Shown piece by piece: positions 18,247-24,000 of a DNA stretch of 24,000 bases (within the stretch, counting starts at the first letter, position 1; each line of letters starts with the position of its first letter). Below the pieces are notes generated by a model, which was given only the letters and a program-made list of their open reading frames with translations, did not search any database and was not told the origin of the DNA. Source of the DNA: Escherichia coli (GTDB taxonomy: Bacteria; Pseudomonadota; Gammaproteobacteria; Enterobacterales; Enterobacteriaceae); assembly GCF_026506335.1 (NCBI RefSeq), contig NZ_CP097716.1, one strand, 5' to 3'. A program made the position numbers and the translations under genes.

Positions 18247-18289
18247 TATAGCAGCTATTTCCGCTACAATAGCAACAATAGCTGCTATA
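18247..18289. promoter_or_regulatory. Perfect 13-bp inverted repeat between the alpA-like gene and the DUF3987 fragment
   Basis: TATAGCAGCTATT (18247-18259), a 17-nt spacer, then AATAGCTGCTATA (18277-18289). A degenerate copy (AGCAGCAACT...AAATAGCTGCT, about 17773-17810) sits at the equivalent position upstream of the intact DUF3987 gene. No U-tract follows on the transcribed strand. Confidence 0.4.
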
Positions 18290-18319
18290 CAGACTGGATA
18301 TACTGAAAATACAGACAGT

Positions 18320-18547
18320 TCATCTGGTCTGTATCCAGCAGAGAAGGTCACTTAACAACCATCCGCAAGATTTCTTTCCGATAGACTTACGTGGTGGAAA
18401 TGTTCCCTCCCGTTCAAGTTTCCACGCTTGTGTACGAGAAATTGACGTGATCTCATATCGTTCCTTTTCACGTACCAGTCTGTCGCATTCAATCCCATAA
18501 GCTTTCAAAATGACCAGACGCTGTTCATCTGTTAATGGAAGCCACAT
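18320..18547 (-). CDS. AlpA-family (Phage_AlpA/HTH_17) regulatory protein, 75 aa
   Basis: The C-terminal part ...YEITSISRTQAWKLEREGTFPPRKSIGKKSCGWLLSDLLCWIQTR resembles AlpA (...ATIYDWL....FP..R.LG..SVGW...EI..WL). The ATG at 18547 follows AGGAGG with a 5-nt spacer. The TTG at 18568 used by the ORF track is less likely. Confidence 0.75.
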   Translation of the reverse strand: MWLPLTDEQRLVILKAYGIECDRLVREKERYEITSISRTQAWKLEREGTFPPRKSIGKKSCGWLLSDLLCWIQTR

Positions 18548-18822
18548 ACTACCCTCCTGATATATCAATACTTTTTATTTCCGGCATGAGCATGAAATGA
18601 CTAAGTTTCCCGGATAAACAATGAGTGAAAGTCACTATCATTCATCCAGTCAACACCTTGCAAATAAAATGTAATACTATGATTTTTATAGGTCAAAATA
18701 CTGAATTGCAATGTTAAAATGGCTTTTAATAGAAAAAATAAAGACATATAGAACCAAATAAAAACAAGCCGCGACCAATAAAAACAAAAATTAATATTAA
18801 AAATCCATTATAACGATTTTTG

Positions 18823-18851
18823 TTGACTAAAATTAGGTTGGGATATATAAA
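18823..18851 (+). promoter_or_regulatory. Candidate sigma70 promoter (TTGACT-17 nt-TATAAA) facing the 545-aa gene
   Basis: TTGACT at 18823-18828, a 17-nt spacer, then TATAAA at 18846-18851, within a very AT-rich stretch. The predicted start near 18858 would give a leader of about 380 nt. Confidence 0.35.
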
Positions 18852-18918
18852 TAAATCCATGTAAAATTCAAACAAAGCATGGAGGAGTCGCAGGAAGGTG
18901 AAATATTTCCATCTAATT

Positions 18919-18934
18919 TGTGATAATCATCACA
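18919..18934. promoter_or_regulatory. Perfect CRP-type palindrome TGTGA-N6-TCACA
   Basis: TGTGATAATCATCACA, embedded in the 20-nt palindrome TTTGTGATAATCATCACAAA (18917-18936). Both half-sites match the CRP consensus core exactly. Confidence 0.4.
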
Positions 18935-19237
18935 AAAATAAGCTACAACAAGCGGAGGAAAAGACAATCTGTTGCTGAACAGACAGAAGCAGGCTACGAA
19001 TGATCGGAAAAGGAAGCAAATACGCTTATACAGAAGACGCAGAGGTAACTGACGGAGACAATCACAATCAGGAGAAAATTATCGTAAATAATGTATAAAA
19101 TCTCAGGATATAAACAAATGTACACAAGCTATCCACGTAATCAGCGGCTGGCTCAGGATTAACGTTTCATTTCAGTGGACAACATCGATTCTGTCTGACA
19201 GCGGACCAATATGTAGCAAGCAGAAACTTCTGACATC

Positions 19238-20875
19238 ATGGTAACTCGGACAATGCAACAAAAGTATCAGTATGATCGTGTTTTATCCGGCGAACTCCAC
19301 CCATTCCCTGGCATATACGAGGCGGTTTCCGAACAAATCCTTTTGCTCATTTTTAAAGCACGTCAACTATATCAGGATCCAGAATATCGCCCCTGGTTTG
19401 AAGAACAGCACAGAGTACTCTCTGCATTACGTGCCAATACAGAGCTCCTGAGAATCTTTAGAGAACAAAGAAGCGCTGAAGAACCAAAGCTTACTATTGA
19501 AGAGTCTACCTCCCCCCAACCCACTCCTTCTGCTCTTACAGATGCGCTTAATGTGATGTGCCATTTATACAATGGTTTTGATGAAGGAAATATCAGTCTG
19601 AAAACTTGGGGGGCGATGCAAGAGGTACAGACAACATCAACCTTTATCAGCCCAGGACCGAGAACCTGGAAAACACCTGAACTGGCAAAGTTTGTAGGAG
19701 ATGATTTATTTAATATTCTGACTGAATGTAAGGCCTGGAGTTCACCAATTCCAGCAGAAACCCGACAGGGGTATTGCCATCAGGATCTGTCTGTTGCACA
19801 CTCCTGCACCTCAGAGTTACTGGCACACCTGAATCAATATCATGAAATTGATGAATCAGCAATACTTGCCAGAGTTATTGGTATAACAGTTAACGGATTC
19901 TACAAGAAAAATAATACAGACCTTCCAGAATGGCTATCCCCCTTTAAAGAGGAACATAAAATATTCAGAGATTGTCCGGAGCAAAATACCGGGGATGTAA
20001 TCAGACGGAAAGAACAACTGTTGAAAACAGGACGTACAGAATTCGTGAATAATTTGTGTCGGGTCGCCAACTGGTATGAAATTGAGTCAATATACGATGA
20101 ATACGTCCGTCTTTATGCCAATGAAATCATTGACTGGTTCAACAAAACCATGAAGTATTTTAAACCAACAGATTTTATCCGATATACATGGAAATTCGCA
20201 ACAGTTACTCCGGATAAAGATACAGAAACCGGGCATACAACTGCATGGGAAAAGGATTATTGCCAGATAACCATACAACGTGATGAACTTCTGAGGTTGA
20301 TTCACACCAATACCCTTCAGGATGCAGTAATTTATCTTTGTCATTGTCTGCAGAAGGAATACAAGAAATCATCCCAAAATGAGATAGAGTTCCCAGGAAT
20401 AAAACCTCCGACATCAGAGAGTAAAATTAATATAACAAATAATATTAAATTTCATTCTCTCCTGGAGCTCAGTAAAGATAATGAGAAGCGTCTGGAAACA
20501 TTTCAAAAATGGTATGAAAAAAATAAAGTTTTGTTAGAAAGTCATAAACAAAAACGAACAGAGAAGATTGACGTTGCCGTACGACTTGTAGGGCTGAAAG
20601 CCTATGATCTGCATGAAGGGATTCCGGATAGTCCAAAACGAAAAGTTAAAGATGGCATAAATGAAGACATCAAAGCCGATACCAGTTTACGCCTGTCAAA
20701 GACAAATATAAGTGATACGTCGCTAAACCGTTATCGCCGCACTGTTAAGGAGATTATCAATAACGAAATTGACGCATTCCTGTTGGAACAGAAGAAAAAA
20801 AATAAAAGATTTCCCTACAGTGAAGATAGAGATGTGATTCGCCCTTTATGGGGAAAATGCCTGACCGGGCAGTAG
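19238..20875 (+). CDS. Hypothetical protein, 545 aa, no recognisable family; possible C-terminal HTH
   Basis: A long uninterrupted ORF in AT-rich DNA with coherent, protein-like composition, followed by a good intrinsic terminator. The C-terminal ~120 aa are Lys-rich, with a segment ...TNISDTSLNRYRRTVKEII resembling an HTH recognition helix. No SD precedes ATG 19238. An alternative ATG lies at 19253. Confidence 0.7.
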   Translation: MVTRTMQQKYQYDRVLSGELHPFPGIYEAVSEQILLLIFKARQLYQDPEYRPWFEEQHRVLSALRANTELLRIFREQRSAEEPKLTIEESTSPQPTPSALTDALNVMCHLYNGFDEGNISLKTWGAMQEVQTTSTFISPGPRTWKTPELAKFVGDDLFNILTECKAWSSPIPAETRQGYCHQDLSVAHSCTSELLAHLNQYHEIDESAILARVIGITVNGFYKKNNTDLPEWLSPFKEEHKIFRDCPEQNTGDVIRRKEQLLKTGRTEFVNNLCRVANWYEIESIYDEYVRLYANEIIDWFNKTMKYFKPTDFIRYTWKFATVTPDKDTETGHTTAWEKDYCQITIQRDELLRLIHTNTLQDAVIYLCHCLQKEYKKSSQNEIEFPGIKPPTSESKINITNNIKFHSLLELSKDNEKRLETFQKWYEKNKVLLESHKQKRTEKIDVAVRLVGLKAYDLHEGIPDSPKRKVKDGINEDIKADTSLRLSKTNISDTSLNRYRRTVKEIINNEIDAFLLEQKKKNKRFPYSEDRDVIRPLWGKCLTGQ

Positions 20876-20884
20876 ATCACAGAT

Positions 20885-20916
20885 GGGATAACATCCCGGT
20901 TATCCCCTGTTTGTTC
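20885..20916 (+). terminator. Rho-independent terminator of the 545-aa gene
   Basis: GGGATAAC-atcccg-GTTATCCC (8-bp perfect stem) followed by CTGTTTGTTCTGCTT, starting 10 nt after the stop codon. Confidence 0.6.
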
Positions 20917-20961
20917 TGCTTCAGGTTGCCAGAGCTCCAGGAACACGAGGCAATCGGCAAA

Positions 20962-21558
20962 TTATGCGGCTTTTCCATTAACAGATTCGGCCACAAGAAC
21001 AACACCGTGTTTGTTTCGATCAGGATGTTCACTCCAGATTTCTGATTCAGGAATACTTTCCCCATCATAGCAGATCCGATCACCATCAAACGGATAATAC
21101 CGTGCGGAATCTGTATCTAAGATAAACACCTTAAAATTCGTTGAACGACGCGCTATATGCTGCCAGAGGGCTTTACCTCCTTCATATTGCTCGTTATCAC
21201 TTAATAGTATAACGCCTGCTTTTGTGGCTATTGTTTCATAAACAAACGTAGCAAGGCTAACATCACGTACAGCGCCATCGACAACAATCCCTTCAATCTG
21301 AGCAACGTCCTGTTCTTCCCAGAATTTCCGGACAAACACCCCTTCAAGCTGTGAACGACGCTGAAGCTCCAAAGTGGCAACAACCTTATGGCGAATATCA
21401 CCATCAATAACAGAAGGTGCAGCTTCGATTACCGCAGCGAACGGAGTCTTTGGATCCCAGATGATCTGGTAAAGCACACCCTGAATAGTTACTCCATCCA
21501 GTATCGAAAAACGACGAGCTACAGTAGCAGGGGAGTAAGACATTGGAATGACAGCCAT
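20962..21558 (-). CDS. Hypothetical protein, 198 aa, no recognisable family
   Basis: An intact ORF convergent with the 545-aa gene. It is the first gene after thrW and is transcribed away from it. The composition is protein-like. No motif can be assigned by eye. Confidence 0.65.
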   Translation of the reverse strand: MAVIPMSYSPATVARRFSILDGVTIQGVLYQIIWDPKTPFAAVIEAAPSVIDGDIRHKVVATLELQRRSQLEGVFVRKFWEEQDVAQIEGIVVDGAVRDVSLATFVYETIATKAGVILLSDNEQYEGGKALWQHIARRSTNFKVFILDTDSARYYPFDGDRICYDGESIPESEIWSEHPDRNKHGVVLVAESVNGKAA

Positions 21559-21758
21559 TTTATGGCCTAAAATTTGAAAACATCAGCATCAATACTGACC
21601 TCATCAGTCTGAGCATATATTGATAAAGTTTTTATGTTTACACTCAATAAATACCTTGCCAAACAACTAATAGCGATGTCTACATCGCCATTCGACATGC
21701 TTACAATTTTTGTCAACAAGAAAGTGAATTTATATCAACGGTAAGAAGTAAACACGAG

Positions 21759-21810
21759 GACACCAAAACCAAATGTACACACTTTTGTGCTTTGTGTCCC
21801 CTGTGTGTAC
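21759..21810 (-). terminator. Candidate terminator downstream of thrW (or island-junction inverted repeat)
   Basis: On the minus strand: GTACACAC-n20-GTGTGTAC followed by ATTTGGTTTTGGTG. The stem is 8 bp but the loop is large (20 nt). It lies 59 nt beyond the tRNA 3' end. Confidence 0.3.
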
Positions 21811-21868
21811 CCAAATGACAAACTGCAAGAAAATCTAGGCACACACTTATCTAACTTATTGATTTAAA

Positions 21869-21944
21869 TGGTGCCGATAATAGGAGTCGAACCTACGACC
21901 TTCGCATTACGAATGCGCTGCTCTACCAACTGAGCTATATCGGC
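21869..21944 (-). tRNA. thrW: tRNA-Thr (anticodon CGU), 76 nt with encoded CCA
   Basis: The reverse complement reads GCCGATATAGCTCAGTTGGTAGAGCAGCGCATTCGTAATGCGAAGGTCGTAGGTTCGACTCCTATTATCGGCACCA. It forms a cloverleaf with anticodon loop TTCGTAA. It sits directly downstream of proA, as thrW does in E. coli K-12. Confidence 0.95.
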
Positions 21945-22058
21945 CCTGAAAGGACATGTTCACGAACGTGAATCACGGTGGACAAGGTTAAAACTAACCG
22001 GGCGATGCGTCAATGGCCTTGTGAATCAAATGGCTACTTTTGCATCACCCGGTTTTAT

Positions 22059-23312
22059 TTACGCACGAATGGTGTAATCACCGATGCCGATCCACTTGTA
22101 AGTGGTCAGTGCTTCCAGGCCCATCGGGCCACGCGCGTGGAGTTTTTGTGTGCTTACCGCCACTTCCGCGCCCAGTCCAAACTGGCCGCCGTCGGTAAAA
22201 CGCGTAGAGGCGTTAACGTAAACAGCGGATGAATCTACTTCATTAACAAAACGCTGGGCGTTGCGCATATCGCGGGTCAGGATCGCATCGGAGTGTTGCG
22301 TGCCGTGTTCACGAATATGGGCGATAGCATCGTCAAGATCGCTGACAATTTTGACGTTCAAGTCTAATGACAGGAACTCATCGTCATACTCTTCGGCTTT
22401 AACAGCCACCACCTTCGCGGGGCCTGCCTGCAACTGCGCCAGCGCAGCAGCATCTGCGTGTAACGTCACGCCACTTTCCGCCATTTGCTTGCTTAATGCG
22501 GGCAGGAAGCTATCTGCGATGTTTTTATTTACCAGCAACGTTTCTACCGTATTACATGTGCTCGGTCGCTGAGTTTTCGCGTTGACGATCACTTTTAATG
22601 CTTCAGCGATCTCTGCGCTTTCATCAACGTAAATATGGCATACGCCTATACCACCAGTGATCACCGGAATTGTCGACTGTTCGCGGCACAGTTTATGCAA
22701 ACCAGCCCCGCCGCGCGGGATCAGCATGTCGATGTATTTATCCATACGCAGCATTTCACTGACCAGCGCACGGTCAGGATTATCAATCGCCTGCACGGCA
22801 CCCGCCGGTAAGCCACAGGATTTCAGGGCGTCCTGAATCACTGCCACCGTTGCCGCGTTAGTGCGACACGTTTCTTTGCCGCCGCGCAGGATCACTGCGT
22901 TACCTGTTTTCAGGCACAGCGAAGCGACATCAACCGTCACGTTCGGGCGCGCTTCATAAATCACGCCAATAACCCCCAGCGGTACGCGACGACGCTCCAG
23001 ACGCAGGCCACTGTCCAGTACGCCGCCATCGATTACCCGCCCCACCGGATCGGCGAGATTGCACACCTGGCGCACATCGTCGGCAATGCCTTTCAGCCGT
23101 GCGGGCGTCAGTGCCAGACGGTCAAGCATCGCTTCGCTAAGGCCATTGGCACGCGCGTCAGCAACATCCTGGGCGTTAGCGTTGAGGATGATTTCGCTTT
23201 GTGCTTCCAGTTCATCGGCGATTTTTTCCAGCACGCGATTTTTTTCGCGGCTGGAGAGTTGCGCTAATTTATAAGAGGCTTGCTTCGCGGCAATGCCCAT
23301 TTGTTCCAGCAT
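22059..23312 (-). CDS. proA: Gamma-glutamyl phosphate reductase
   Basis: 417 aa, [38 protein letters not shown]..., essentially the E. coli ProA sequence. GGAG lies 7 nt upstream of the ATG, immediately after the proB stop. Confidence 0.97.
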   Translation of the reverse strand: MLEQMGIAAKQASYKLAQLSSREKNRVLEKIADELEAQSEIILNANAQDVADARANGLSEAMLDRLALTPARLKGIADDVRQVCNLADPVGRVIDGGVLDSGLRLERRRVPLGVIGVIYEARPNVTVDVASLCLKTGNAVILRGGKETCRTNAATVAVIQDALKSCGLPAGAVQAIDNPDRALVSEMLRMDKYIDMLIPRGGAGLHKLCREQSTIPVITGGIGVCHIYVDESAEIAEALKVIVNAKTQRPSTCNTVETLLVNKNIADSFLPALSKQMAESGVTLHADAAALAQLQAGPAKVVAVKAEEYDDEFLSLDLNVKIVSDLDDAIAHIREHGTQHSDAILTRDMRNAQRFVNEVDSSAVYVNASTRFTDGGQFGLGAEVAVSTQKLHARGPMGLEALTTYKWIGIGDYTIRA

Positions 23313-23323
23313 CAGCCTGCTCC

Positions 23324-24000
23324 TTAACGGGTAATCATGTCATCACGGTGAACGGCAACCGGGCCGTATTCATATCCCAGTATTGCATCAATTTCTTGCG
23401 AGTGGTGTCCGGCAATACGGCGTAATGCATCGCTGTTGTAACGACTGACGCCGTGAGCGATATCGCGACCTTCGAGGTTGCAAATGCGGATGACTTCACC
23501 ACGCGAGAAGTTGCCAGTCACGCTTTTAATGCCTTTCGGCAACAGGGAGCTGCCGCGTTCGAGAATGGCGGCGGTTGCCCCTTCATCTACCGTGATTTCA
23601 CCCGCCGGCGGCGCACCGAAAATCCAGCGTTTGCGGTTTTCAAGCGGAGTCGCCTGGGCATGGAACAACGTACCGACGGAGATGCCTTCCATCACATCAC
23701 CAATAACGCCCGGCTTGCTGCCCGCGGCAATAATGGTGTCGATACCCGCACGGCAAGCCACGTCTGCGGCCTGCAATTTGGTACTCATGCCGCCAGTTCC
23801 GAGGCCTGAAACGCTGTCACCGGCAATCGCGCGCAGTGCGTCATCAATGCCGTAAACATCTTTAATCAGTTCTGCCTGCGGATTGCTGCGCGGGTCAGCG
23901 GTATACAAACCTTTTTGATCGGTCAGCAGCAACAGTTTATCGGCACCCGCCAGAATCGCCGCCAGCGCAGAAAGGTTATCGTTATCGCCGACCTTAATCT
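23324..24000 (-). CDS. proB: Glutamate 5-kinase, C-terminal part (5' end beyond the window)
   Basis: The frame is open from the window edge to the stop at 23324. It covers the amino-acid-kinase domain and the C-terminal PUA region (...[42 protein letters not shown]...HRDDMITR*). It sits upstream of proA as in E. coli. Confidence 0.97.

Noticed and set aside
20962-21558. The 198-aa tRNA-adjacent protein as a miniature tyrosine recombinase (HIAR ... Y spacing near its C-terminus)
   Set aside because: It is far too short for the catalytic fold. It lacks the upstream Arg/Lys boxes and the LGH..xxTxxY context. The resemblance is a 4-residue coincidence.
21978-23855. + strand ORFs of 71-125 aa overlapping proA, proB and the thrW-proA spacer
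   Set aside because: They are antisense shadows of two highly conserved housekeeping genes. Their Ala/Arg/Ser-rich products are typical of GC-rich antisense frames.

Overview
Enterobacterial (E. coli-type) chromosome. The right edge is the conserved proB-proA-thrW block on the minus strand (21869-24000). Everything to its left (about 1-21868) is a mosaic genomic island abutting the 3' end of tRNA-Thr(CGU). Reading away from the tRNA, the island holds: (1) two convergent, AT-rich orphan genes (198 aa and 545 aa) where an island integrase normally sits; no integrase is present in the window. (2) A CP4-57-like backbone: an AlpA-family regulator, a DUF3987/YfjI-like gene with a duplicated 5' fragment, a ~970 bp AT-rich non-coding tract, and a YagK/YfjJ-like gene. 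(3) A solitary KAP-family P-loop NTPase. (4) An IS graveyard: a frameshifted, truncated ISL3 transposase, an IS66-family end, an SF2 helicase fragment, and IS600 carrying a complete nested IS30. (5) A small DUF4222-like gene. (6) A cdiB-cdiC-cdiA contact-dependent inhibition operon with a HlyC-type acyltransferase between the transporter and the exoprotein. cdiA runs off the left edge, so it is absent from the ORF track. The candidates for undescribed biology are the orphan gene pair with its long GGA-rich leader next to thrW, the solitary KAP NTPase, and the structured AT-rich tract downstream of the DUF3987 gene. All family assignments come from motif recognition by eye. No database search was possible.
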